64,000 bases of DNA from Rotaria socialis (lineage: Eukaryota), in contig CAJNYD010000019.1 in NCBI GenBank assembly GCA_905331295.1, positions 62,001 through 126,000 of the forward strand, given 5' to 3'. The notes beneath the pieces are model-generated. The model was not told the origin of the DNA. It ran no database searches and saw nothing but the letters and a program-made list of their open reading frames with translations. The position numbers and the translations under genes were made by a program. Below, one piece after another: positions 27,901 to 41,169 of this stretch (the stretch's first letter is position 1; each line of letters begins with the position of its first letter).

Positions 27901-30900
27901 AAGCAATACCAACTCAATGAAGAAAAAGTACATAAAGAATTTAGCGAAAAACAAAACTTACATTTAAATCAATTAAATGAATTTAAATGTCGTATTCAAC
28001 AATTAGAATTAGATAAGGAAAAGCAACGTCAAGATACTCTTGCTCAAATCGAAGCAATGCAACCATTACAATTAAATAATGAAGAACGTGAAAAATTCGA
28101 ACAAGAAATAAATCAACTAAAGCAAAAATTTATCGAAGGAAACGAACAAAATAAAAAGAATCTCGATGAAAAACAAGTAATTTTCGCTCCTACTATTCTA
28201 CTTTCTAATAAAAACCTTAATTATTTAGTCTCAGTATCAATCTAATGATAATGAACTACGTCAACAAATCGAACAATTGAAGAAAACTATTGAACAATGT
28301 CAAACTAACGAGTAAAAACTTCAATAAAATTTCTGTTTACAATTTAGTGCATTTATTTTTATTTTTAGAACTCAAAATAATGCACTCGCAGCTAAAACTG
28401 CACAAATCGATGCATTACAATCCGAACTTGCCGAAGCTAAAGCCAATAATGATGTAAGTTTTGTGAAGTGCATTTATTAAAGTTTAAATTCAAACGCTAA
28501 TCACTCCATCGAAAACAGCTTTTTTCACTGGATTTCATCACTGAAATGACCATATGTATTTTCTAGCGTCTGAATCTGTCTTTTTTTTCGTTTATTTTTA
28601 TCTTAGAAAGTACGCATGCGAAATTGGAAAGTGATGAACGAGTTGATATTGGCCGAGGAAAAACTCGATGCTTTAAATCGATTGAAAACAACACATTAAA
28701 TAAAAAGAAAAACACTTATAGTTGAAACGAAAAGCAGAAATTTCATCAAAGCAAAAAGCTAATCTTTATCACTTTTGGGTTTTTCTGTCTCGTTAGGTTG
28801 TTTTGTTCTATCTATCGATAGATTGTAATAAAATTATTTTAAAACAAAATATTTTTGTTCTGCACATTTTTTGAACTTTCTTTTTTTTGATGGTGGGGAT
28901 GCTTATTTATATGTACGGGCATATTGTTTTACTTTTATTGCGAATGCGAACGAATAGTTTGTGCATGGTAGTTTTAATTGTTTTGGGGATTTATTTTGTG
29001 TATTTTAGGCTATAAAGTCACAATTAGATGAACATGTTCGACAAGAAAAAGATAAGCAAAAACAAATTCTCATCGAACTTCTTGCACAGGATGCGCGAAA
29101 CCAATTACCAAATGATAATCAAGTAAATATTGACTCAACTCTGTTTTGTTTTGTTTAGTCTCAATCGCTATTACAACGAATTCTAAGCTTAAGCTTTAAT
29201 TATTGTTTACATGATTGTTTATCTTATAGTGAAATTGGAGAACACATAGGAAATGAGTCTTTCACCTAGCTTAGATTTAGAATTATATGAATATAATTTA
29301 TGTATTGAAATTTATGCTTAGACTAGAATTCAAAAAGAAGCATAGGTAAGCTAAATCGCTTGATATGACACTCTATTGGTTTCAACATTAGAAAGAGAAC
29401 AATTCTTTACATCTGATTGTTGAATACTATGTCACTCAAAATGATATAATTATGGTTCTAACATGTATTGTAATGAGGAAGACTTTAAAAACGTAATCGA
29501 CAATAAATTTCACCCTGTTTATGATCAGATAGAAATATATCGCGGATTGAATTTCTTTTTTTCACTGAAAATAACTAGTTGCTAACTACTGACATTATCA
29601 AAGTATTGAGATCATACCGATGCCTCTTAAATTCTCGAGCAAACATTGTTACTTTCGTAAGAACATGATAATGGTAACTCTAATTATTAGTTGGAAACCC
29701 ACTGAAGTTTTTATTTTAATATTAATTGACATCAGTCTATCAAAGTTTTACTTTAAAACAAAAAAAAATTTATTTGAAATTTAAATGACTATTGAAATTG
29801 GTGGTAAAATATGACATGCTAATGTTTATATTTCATTTGTTTAATCATTTGTTTCTTTTAACATTTAACCAGGATTTTAATGAATGGCTCTCATCATATC
29901 GGCGCATATTCGAAGCAAGTGCCGAAGCAACGAAGGTAAATAATTCGTTAGTTCAGTGGTTTAAGTAGTATGAATCCATTTGAACTCGCGGTCGAATCTA
30001 ACTAACAACACACACACATATATATATAAACAAAACATAAAAATATCGTTTCATGTCATGATGAACAGCCTTAATCCATTCTCTGATAGCATAAGTGAGC
30101 TAGCTCATCAATGCCTTGCCCGTGCCTATCTAAGCACAATTATATTTCCTTTCCGAGTATCAAGGTTTTCTTGATTACAGTATAGAAAGTGAAGTATGTT
30201 GTGTTGGCCAGTCGCATTTAGTGGCTCGTCATGAGTTAGCTCAATAGTGTAAAGATTCGAAAAAACGGCATCTGAACACGAAGACGATATTTTATATATT
30301 TAAACGATTAAGTTTTTAATTGTTAATTATTTTGAAGAGTCCTACTCCTCCTTGCCACGATCTCTTTATATGCATTAACAATAATGATCTATGAGAGTAT
30401 TTTTTTCGAAATCATTCGATTCGAACAATGACAAAATCATTTCAATTGTTTACAATTGATCATGTTGACACAATAAAACTAATGGCGTGTCAGACGCGTA
30501 GAAATCTTCACACATGAATATGACTGGTTTACATAAAACATAGACAATACAGTCTAGTTTTAGTATAAAAGCATCTCTTATTGAAATAGTAACGACTGAT
30601 GCAAAAGTCTTGGCAAGAATGTCGAGCTTCGCTGTGAGCTCCCCTAATGTGCCAGAGACTTAAGTCTTTCACCATCGGATAGAGCAGAGTCTGGAGACTA
30701 GAAATGCATTTCTTCAAAAAAAACATTTGCCCTTTTCAAGGGTCGAAACGTGAAAGGCGCCAAGAAACGGCTTGTCACCATTCAAATTTTTCTTGCTAAT
30801 TACTTTTTTCGTAATTAACGATCTCAGTCAAGCTTTGATGGGACTCGGTCAAACTTTCAGATTATAGGTAACTTAGTGTGAGCTACTCGAATAACTTGGA

Positions 30901-32558
30901 TTCAATTTAGCTCGTCTTCATGGAAACACTTTGGCGCCATTTTATTAAAAGGGGGGGACAATGTTTTCATCCCTCCCTTTTTAAACGAGACTGCGTCTCG
31001 AGATTTTGACGGAATTCGAGTTTGAGGAATTGATTAGATACAGATTTTTATGCTCTTTCGGAATCTCAAACTCAAATTCGGTTTGGACAAAAACATTGAA
31101 TCTAAAACCTTTTCACTACAAAAACGATGAAAAAAGTTGCTTACTACCATTTTACACTAATTAAAATTTGAATGGTGACAGGCCGTTTTTGGCGCTTGTC
31201 GCGTTTCGAAAATTTCGGTCCTTGAAAAGGTCAAATTTTGTTTTTTGAAGCAATTCATTTCTAGTCTCCAGACTCTGCTCTATCCGATGGTGAAAGACTT
31301 AAGTTTCTAGCACCTTAGGGGAGCTCACAGCAAAGCTCGACATTCTTGCCAAGACTTTTGCATCAGTCGTTAGTTGACAAATACTGTATATACAAAGCCA
31401 AAGTTTTCTTTAATTTTTCATAGGATATTGCCGTAATTGCGATCGTTTTTGTTTTCTTATGATCTTAGCATTTCATTTTATTTTTGTATTATTTTCAGCA
31501 AACTTCACACGATGAATCTGCAGCACTTAAACGTGAAAATGATCAACTTCATAAGAATATGCGAGAAGTTGTAAGTAAAATATGTTTTTCTTTTGTACGT
31601 GATATAATTTCATACATATAAATTATAGGAAAGTCAATTGAAAGAAATTGAACAAGCCGTCCAAAGTAAAGAAGAAGTTTTACTTGCTGATTTGAAATGT
31701 GTAAGATTTGAATAAATATTTTGATTTTTCTAATAGCGTTTTTCTCTAAATCTGATCTATGCTTTCTTTCTTCTTTTTAGAAAGATACAACATTGGGAAG
31801 CATTCTTGGTGAAAATGAACAATTAAATAGTGAAATACAGCGTTTACGTAGCGAAATCAATCGTTTACAATCAGCGCATGATACAACAGTTGATGAAAAT
31901 CGTCTATTAAAAGTTCAATTTGAGGAACAAAAGCTTCTTATTGCTAATAGTTTACCTACGACTGCTGTAAGTACCTTCACTATTAGAAATATGTTGCATG
32001 TCGATATGATTAGATTCTTTTAATAGTAGAAAATTGTCTCTTTGCTTTATGTACACTGCTTTATGCTTAACTATATATACATATACATATATATATATAT
32101 ATATATATGACTTCTTTTCTAACTCACAAATAATCTAGGATGATGATTTACTCGAATCAGTAACACAGCAGTCGCCGTTCTCAACTGAGATGGACACTCG
32201 TGTTGATGAATTAAATGAATTAATGCGATCAAGCAAGGAAGCTCTTGATAATCAAGATTCGATTGTTCAACAGCTTGATAAACACTTGAACGAATTGAAT
32301 CGCAGTGGAATCGGAGGGGTACGCTCCGAATATCCACCAGGGAGCTATTTTCTTTTTCTATCTTTGAAAAACTAGAAATTAACGCTGCATGTGTTTTTTT
32401 CACACTTTCTTTTCAATCAAAATTGGACTTCAGACTAACAAAATTGAAACAAATTGTACATTTAATTCTAAAATTTTCCTTGTCTTTAGCCATCAACATC
32501 AAATGTCGATGAAACAACAGTATCTTCTTCTTTTGATCAAAAACAAATTGAATCTTGA
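24956..32558 (+). CDS. RRBP1: RRBP1 (p180)/kinectin-like ER-anchored coiled-coil protein, multi-exon
   Basis: N-terminal hydrophobic anchor (WITIAVALAIIAALVGFFGFVAW) then a Lys-rich tract; LSTDELDIIMHKIANKQAVIKKDWTK...QKVDP, ANNDKVRMRNWKVMNEL and ILIELL...DFNEWL resemble RRBP1/KTN1 blocks; long heptad exons; predicted last exon ends DQKQIES* at 32556-32558. Confidence 0.7.
30592..31370. mobile_element. Foldback-like MITE with ~200-bp TIRs in an RRBP1-like intron
   Basis: acgactgatgcaaaagtcttggcaagaatgtcgagct...gtcaccattcaaattt (30592-~30790) is mirrored at ~31164-31370. Flanked by TA on both sides; an AGT 3-bp TSD reading is also possible. Confidence 0.9.
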
Positions 32559-34060
32559 TCTTACAAGAAGAGTTTAAAACACTTCGTTTTTTTTTCTTTT
32601 ACATATTGTTAGTTTTTAATTCATTTATTACATAATAGCAAACAACTTGAAGGAAAAAAAAATAGTTTGCTTGTTGATTGTACTGTCGTTGTCGTTTTTT
32701 TTTCTTTCTCTTTTTGGTGCTGTTTGTTTTTTGTTTATGAATACGACTGTCGTCGATTTACACATTTTCTCTTCTACGCCATGGCCGTTTACTTTCGCTC
32801 GTCTTTGTCTTGCTCTTGTTATTTAAAAAGAAAAACAACTTCTTCAATAATGGCTTTGATTAAAGACACAAGCATAATTATTTATCAGAAAAAAAACTCT
32901 TTTATATATCGACATCCAAACGAAAATAGTTTCATCTACTTTTTTCAACGATTGAACAAATGGTTATTCATATGTCATAAGAAAACGGAGTGTAGAACAG
33001 ATATTTTATGTATCAGATTGCACGATGCATGCAATTACAATCATTCATAGAAAGAAAAACAAATGAACCATGAATGTTAACGCTTTTGTATTTCTATATA
33101 CAACCTACTCCAGATGTCCGGAACATAGAAGAAATGAAAAAATTGATAAAATCATAATTATATATTCCTACACTTAAATAGACAGCGTGTAGAAATTTTG
33201 GACGCATTTATGCGAACCAATCGATCAGCAAACAGCACCTAATTAATGTTGAAGATGAAACAAAAACGATTCTCAATATTGATGAGCGAGTATGTCTGTG
33301 GTATAGGGCTAGTCTAGTGATTGTGTTGACGATGGTTCGCTTGGCTCTCATATCCGTTTATCAGACACCAGTAGTACATCACATTTTAGTCAACTAGTAG
33401 CAAGCTGCAATTATAGCTAAAAGCAAACTTCAAGATAAAACTTTTAAAATAAAATCATGTTGTCAATAATATTTTGGGAGTTAGCAATTATATAAATAAA
33501 TTGAAATTTTAGTTCAATGCAACTACAAACAACTAATTGATGATGCCATAAGCTAAGTTAAAGCAAAGAAATTTACTCCAGAAATTTTTTTTTTAAACAC
33601 TTTATGTATATTTTCATGATATTCAAAAGAATTTAGAAGTTACGTTTCATTATCTTCATTCTGATCGCACAACGTTTTTGAAATTATTTACTAGTTTGAT
33701 TAATGTTTTGTTTCAACCTTTTTTTGTTTTTTATTATACATTACCATCTCACATGAATTAGTGTATGCACAAAATTTACTAATTGACATGTATAGACACT
33801 AAATCTTCATGCTTAACTTAAGATTTTACAACAGAGACATTAATTCACAACATTGAACTATGAATATATTCATTCTTCTTTATTTCAGGATTAGTTTTCA
33901 CTCGTTCTTTTTTTATCTATGGCTCATTCAACAGCATCAACATCAATCATGCGTCACGCTTTAATAACTGGACAACCAGGTCTGTTTTGTTTTCTTTATA
34001 AAGATTAGTTTAGTATGCTTTCAATACAGAATGTTTTAATGCAAAAGAGTAAGAATCCCT

Positions 34061-37000
34061 TCAGAAATATCGATTTGTTGCTATAAACCCGGAATAATTC
34101 GCAAGATCTAAAGGACATCCATCGCCATTGGGTCCTCCTAGACCCCACCATTCAGGAAAATCAACATCATTGAGTTGAAGAGTAAAAAATATAGTGAATC
34201 CACGTAGAGCCACACCACAACTCATTGCAATCGAAAATATGCATGCATATTTCTCCCACCAACTATGCGCATAACGATATAGAACAAAATTAAAAAAGAA
34301 TCCAACTAAAAACCATGATGGATATTATGCAGCTGGACCAGGTGGAATCATACAGGGAGCCATTAAAAACATGGGAAAATGAATAAACTTAAACCATTTT
34401 ATGTTAGGATACATCTTACATAACCACCAGCTTAGTATCGGTAATATGGCGCCTACAAGAAATCCCCAAAGTGCTGTTGAATATTGTGATGACATATTGA
34501 ACGATCCTAGTAAACAGCAGTAGATTATTATTTGATTTAAACGAAAGAATAGAACAGTGATCGCTTTTTATTTTACCAGTTAGACTAAATATAATAGTCG
34601 TTGTAAGACTGTATTGCATACTTAAACATCTCCATATGGAATTTTCAGATGTACATATATTTGGTATATGTTGAAGAAGATATATTGATGTTGCATACTG
34701 AATTGTGCTTGTAATAGCAGATGATAGAAGAAATATTGGAAACACAATACGAGGCGGAATCTAAGCGTTTCATTTTTGAAGAATAGATTTGAAATGGAGA
34801 AAACTAATCATATTTATTTCTACCTTCATATAATGAGCGATTTTTGTGTTTGTCAAATAAATTACTATTTGGCCTTGACATGTAAATGTGAATGTACGAA
34901 ATGCAAGAAAGGCGATCGGATTACCGGATAATAAATAACTACCAATGAGATCGTTTGGAGCACTCATAACTAAAATGAATACATCGTACAAACTACGCTC
35001 TAATTTACAGAGAAAACCATGTTTTCTCTTTCATAGAACTAACCTAATCCCATACTAGTTATTGCTGAGATAATGCCATTTGGTATGGAGAAGATAATCG
35101 TCAATAGTAGTGAAACTTGAATTAAAGTTAGTAATCATGTAGGAAATTGACAGGTAGCATATAGGAACTCACGAGGCATGAATTGCATTGGCATCATTTC
35201 GGTCAAATACAAGAGAAGTAAGGCAGTCAGAAACGAAAGTAAAACTGTGCAATAATACCTCAAGCGACCATTTGGAATGCGTTTGTATAAGAGTGAAATA
35301 TGAATAATTAATTGACTAATGCCTCATATTTTGCTGCTTTTTCTATCTATTATGAATTGTGCGCAGACAAATAATCTGAAAAACTCTTAACTCTATCTTT
35401 TCACTAATTCACAGTACCATTATATAAGATAAACATACAATTTCTTCTTATGTCTGGTTACCTGCTCCTGTTGTAAAATTCATCTTTTCCGACTACTTAT
35501 ACGTGTATTCATTTTCAACGATAAGTGTTTCTGAAAATTTCTTCTATTAAAATTATCCTATGTACTCAAACTATGAAAATAGATATATTTAATTCGTAAA
35601 TATCAATAAAGTTCTAACCTGCAATAGATAAATCGTTGTCTCTAAATAGTTACCCTGCTCATAGGGTGCAATTTCTTCACTATTTAGAATTTTCTGTTTT
35701 GATGTTTTTTTCTTTCAACAGATGAAGAAAATCAAATAATTGAACGAAATAGACGACTTGTCGCGTTAGGCAATGAAAATGAAATGTTTAGAGTAAGACA
35801 TATGTTCCATTCAATAGAATACGGTAGAGAAACAAACTCGTTTTAGATTTTCATTTTTGCAAGTTTGCTTTTTCTCAAAAATATTCATGATATTTTCGAA
35901 ATCACTATGCGACTCTCTATCAAATAGTGCTTATTGGAATGAGATAATAGTAGGGTCCTACGGGAATGACTTTTCTTGGCTATTGTTTCCCGTCCTCGAA
36001 AGATTTTCACAGCTTCTATTATTATTTCATTTTTCTTATCGAAATTGTTTATTGTCTGATAGCAACTTAGCGCGAAATCTCCTCTTTTACGTATAACATA
36101 GCACACATTGGACCTCACGTGTTGATGAGAAATAAATCTTGCATTGACCATTTCTCTAACAATTGGTACCATTCACGCTAACTATTTAAAACTTTCATAT
36201 TCCCCGATGATCGAACAATCACAAAAGAAGAGCAAATAGCTCCACATGCAAACTAGGCATGAGAAAAACTCGAAGGGAGAAGATGATGATACTACAGCTT
36301 TACAATATAGTCTTCATGATCTGTCACGTATCACGAATTGCGTAATGGGAATAGAAGCGGTCAAGGTCAATAATGTATTTTATTGACTTGAGGAACAGAA
36401 ACAGAAAAACGAGATGAAAGAAACGAATATTAATACCAATCCAGTTTTCTTTCGAAGAAAACATATATATATATATGAATATAGATATGATGACTCATTC
36501 GAAAGGAATTTAAAGCACAGAAAACAAAGCAAACACATATAATATAGTATATGTGTTACTATATCACATGGTCGTACTTTTGATGATGATTATGAGAATA
36601 AAGAAGATGACGCTTTCTAATCATAAGTGACGTGGTAGACAACAAATTAATCAATGTAGTTTCTGATAGATGTATTTTATTTTTCTTTCTTAATTTAATG
36701 AAATAAAAAACGTGTTCATTGCATAAATTTTAGTAAAAATAAAAATAGAACAAGCATACTTTAGGGAACGTTAAAGTTTTTAGGATTCCCGCGGGAAACC
36801 GAACTGGAAAATAATGCAAAAATCATTTCTGCAGAACCCTAGATGAAAGTAAGCAGTCATAAATCCTGTTTCTGAATAACTGACGAATGGTCAATAGTAG
36901 AAAACATCAAAATCTCAGAGTTAGGATTTTCATGTTTTTGCTTCTACGCTTTATGCAGATCAATTTTTCTTTTGTCCTTCTACATATTTCGCCTACTCTG

Positions 37001-39437
37001 CGTTGTGCAACATATTTTCAGTTAGATTTAGTGATTTTGATGTTACTTGACTAGTCTTCACAAAGAAATATCTAAAGGAGATATTCTTGACAAGCAAATG
37101 AAGTCGAAGCTGTGGATACGACTAGTTTTCCTTCGCGAGCATCTTATTAATCGAACAATGGCAATCGGTGTCGCTGAACATAGGTTAATTGTTGTATTTT
37201 GTTTCTAAACAGCTGTCAGAGCAACTTGAACCAAATTATGTTTTCAATCTAGTTGAAACATTGCTCACCAATTCTAAGTCCGTAAGATCAAGAACAACAA
37301 CTATGATTCGAACAGATTAAAGCAAAAGTTAATATGCGTTAAAGAAAATTCCAACCAAGTAACTAGCTACAAAAATTACTGAGATACCATTTCAGGATGA
37401 ATATTCTCAGGCGATTGATTTCTAGTCTACTCAATAAAAGGCACAAATTCAAGTAAATTAGTTCTTACCACCATTCGGGAACTTCTGAATAACGAGACAT
37501 AAGTTTGGCATGGATATCATTGTTTTTTTTTTCCGATAAACTTGAGCGAAACTGTTTGACTATCGTTTCCCCTGAAAAATAAAATCATGCGAGAATGTTT
37601 ACTGAACGATGTTACATTTTTTTGTAGTTATACAGCGTCATTAATATAAGATGTTTTAAAAAAAATATGGTTAATTATTAGATTTTTTGAAAGATCCACT
37701 GCTGAAGATGGCGATAGCATTTCGATTCATTTCTTCGATCGAAATTCTTATATTTTTCAAATAGGAAATATGCTCGTTCACAGTTGAGCTCTCTATCTAT
37801 TATTTTCATAGGTGTTTCTATTGGTTTTTAAACAGCAATTAGTTGGACAACTTGGCTTCGCAGAATCATGCCAAGATTTGCTATCGGAAAACAAAAACAA
37901 ATTAAACTTTTTTCAGACTTTCTCTCAACCACGCAGTTAAACTCTGCATCAGTTTCAAAAAGAGAAGCATGGATGTTTTACAACTTTCATATAATACAAA
38001 ATCATATTTACCATGATATACAATCGTATGAACAGTCAACGCTGTGATGGCAGCAAATGAAAAAGCATATGAAACCGCGAAACCGCTACTTAAAAGCGAA
38101 GGGCCTGAAATCATTTAATTATAAACTACGCTCGTGAAATCCTCTCTGAATTACCATAGATTTCATAGGCTGTTTCATTTCGATGATAGTCTTTCGTCAA
38201 TATTTTACTTGTATTATAAAAGTTACCATCTTTATCAAAAAGATTATTTGAGATAATAGGGAATTTTTTTCGAATCCCAAACATTTAAGTAATAGATGAG
38301 AGGCGTTGCAATCCAAATAACTATTACAAATCCAAATAACTATTACAAATCCAACAAATATCTGGATATGTGCCCTAATAGATAGAAAGAAGCAATTAAA
38401 CTTCATCAGTTGTATGTTTAATCATTAGAAATATTTACCAGAACGGGACGAGAATAGGCGTATCCAAATAAGCTACCCAAGCTTTCCAATCGAATTCTAT
38501 CGCACCAAAGCCAAGACCACACGCACCAGTCACTTGCGATAGTACAACATTTTTCGGTGACATAACACAGATCAACGAAAAAAATGACAGAAGAGGAAAT
38601 ATGCAACCAGGTAGCCAATACCATAGAAATTGACATAAGACTATCAACCAGAAAAATTTCAAGCGTGTTATTTTCCATCGACTATGGTCCTCTGTAAATT
38701 CATTTTCATGAATTAATGTACGTATCAATGAACAAGTCATCAATGTTTTAGGCCAAATCATGAAACCTGGCCATATAAGATATCGTTTTAATATTCCAGA
38801 AAACGAAATGGCAAGAGCATGCACGATTAATAAAAATAAAACGGAATTAAAATGACCAAGATTATATTTAAAATGAAAGCGTTGAATAGTGAGCGTTTCG
38901 ATACCCTCATACGTACGTAGGCCTGATGAAGCCATTGTTGTAATAAGAGCATATTCTTTCATAGTGAACGGCCCGGGATTGATTGTAATATTAAATATAC
39001 GATTTGGTAATATTTTTGACATTAATTCAACAATCATATATGAAATTAATACTAATATACCAATATTAAGATCTAATGGTGATGTACGAAACGCAAAAAA
39101 CTGAGATGTAAATGCCATAATACATCCTAATAGTATACCAATCAGCATTGAGCGAAACGTTAAACACAATGTATTTGGATCATCAGTATTTGATATATTA
39201 ACAGCTACCTCTTCATACGGTGATTGTTCAGTATCACTTGATGATGCTGAATCATTTAGTAATGCTACTTTTTCTGGATTCTAAAAAAATGAATATGAAA
39301 ATGAGTATCTTTCTGAATCAATACAAAGAGCGTTAATATACTTGATTTTGACCATGAAATAGTGAACTTTTATAAATTGAGTCAGTAGTGTTTGATAAGT
39401 TTTCGTCAGTGTTTTCATATTCAGCACCATTTTTCAT
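34061..39437 (-). pseudogene. OPT-family oligopeptide transporter (plant/fungal type), intron-containing, disabled
   Basis: Family motifs SPYEEV, DDPNTLCLTFR, NPGPFTMKE, DIHAKLMSRYSEVPEWW, KIAHYMK|IPPR, FPEWWG. Lesions: 19-nt tandem duplication 38310-38347, +1 base near 38258-38270, TAA at 34327-34325. Confidence 0.9.
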
Positions 39438-39633
39438 TGTTTTATGATTCCAAGTATTTGGCAAAGAAAATAGGATATATATATATATATCGAATAATAT
39501 TACTTGCTAAGCTAAATAACCAGTTTATATGAAATATTATATGTGATCATTCGATGGGACAGCTTTCGTCATTGTCGCGTTTTGTGTCATGTTTGATATA
39601 TCGAAACAGAAAATAATATAAAATAAATGCGGA

Positions 39634-40342
39634 AACATCGGATTTGCATCCGATTGTTATGTGTACTTCAAAAAGCGAAAATGTACATCCATTTTTTTCT
39701 ATAAGGCATAGATCTCATCAAGATACGCCCCTATTCNATTACGATTGTAAGCAACCTCGTGAATTTATAAGAGATGTATGATAGATACAGGCATCAGTAT
39801 TTTCATAATAAATCATCAATAGTAATAGCAATCGGGTTCGGGTTTTTACCTTTCGATAGTCTTTTTGACTAGCTACAAAACCAGGCATTTGAGAAACCCC
39901 AAAACTGCTGGTCATCTGAAACATATCTAGGCAATTTGGTTTCTAGATGCAGTTTTTGTGTATTTTGAGACCTTTTTCAGTCAATGTTTCGTTAAAAAAC
40001 TACGATTTTTTCAAAACTAATATCAGATTCAAAATCAGCGTTAAAAACTGAGTCGATTTATATATGTTGTGGATAATTCTGAGGAAAAACGTTTTTTTGA
40101 AAAATTCCTGTACTCCCCCTCAGGGATGGTCTTGTCAATAATGACAATTTTTTCGATAACTCAACCATTTCTTGACGGATCCTTCTCATCTTCGAACTCG
40201 ACTGAGACATTGATAAGCCTGAACTGTGTAGAAAATTTCATCATGATCTAACTCTCCTTTCGAAAGTTATCGTGTAAACGGACGGACGGACGGACACACT
40301 GACCGATTCTAGAGTGTACTCACTTTTTGAGTACACAAAAAA
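39634..40342 (-). mobile_element. DINE-1/HINE-like non-autonomous Helentron (apparently complete copy)
   Basis: Minus strand: T-run + tgtgtactc...gagtacac 5' hairpin, (GTCC)n microsatellite, 3' inverted copy agtacaca (39660-39667), then stem-loop atcgga-tgcaaa-tccgat (39637-39654). Confidence 0.75.
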
Positions 40343-40995
40343 GATGGAGAACGATACAAGCAAGGTAAAATAGTGTTATTGGTCGTATTCATTGGCTCGG
40401 TTTCCTGTTCGTATTTACATATATTATGGTTGCGATGTATCAAAAGTGATGCATTCAAAATATTACATATTACATGAAACAGTGTAACAAAAGAGGACTG
40501 CGTCCTATGTATCTCGTGAAACATAAACATTGAATATTGTGATTGTAATGATATTTATTAGCTTTGAAATTAAATTTTGCTATTCAATCATATTATTTCA
40601 AAATGAAAAATTTAGTGCGAATCACTTCTATGTACTTCTGATGTAGCTGACGGATGATAAAGATCATAAAGAAAATTCTTTCATCAATGAATATGCATTT
40701 AAATAGAATCTTGTGACTCCACGATCCTTTTTATATTTGCCTGTAACATGTTTTTTCGCTAAGAACAGTTGCATATTGATAATTTAGAAAAAAATGGTGG
40801 AGCTCTTCCTTCATATTTGAAATTATCCAATCAAAAAAAATCCTCATTTATTTTGGGGTTTTTCTTTTGAAAAAAGAGGAATTCTGCTGCTTCTTTTCTT
40901 TTACCAATTTAAATATAAAATTGAGGAATCTAATGTCAAACGATTTCTTATTACTCGATCGAAACATAAGAATCGGTTAGTAATGGTAAACTAAG

Positions 40996-41031
40996 NNNNN
41001 NNNNNNNNNNNNNNNNNNNNNNNNNNNNNNN
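40996..41031. other. Assembly gap (36 N); also a single N at 39737
   Basis: Run of n characters. Confidence 0.99.
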
Positions 41032-41169
41032 CCAGAATAAAAGATCATGCTCTTATGAAGTGTCTCGGTATATCATTACTTGTTTTCTAATTAGGGTGAC
41101 CTTCTAATACGTCTGAAATTTAGAATGTTCTATGTTTCAACAAGTTTCTTTTTTTATAATTAAATCCAT

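Noticed and set aside
32667..33050. 127-aa ORF after the RRBP1-like stop
   Set aside because: T-rich low-complexity 3' UTR-like sequence with no motif.
36761..36841. taggg...cccta-ended 80-bp segment as a hAT MITE
   Set aside because: Only 5 bp of inverted match and no TSD.
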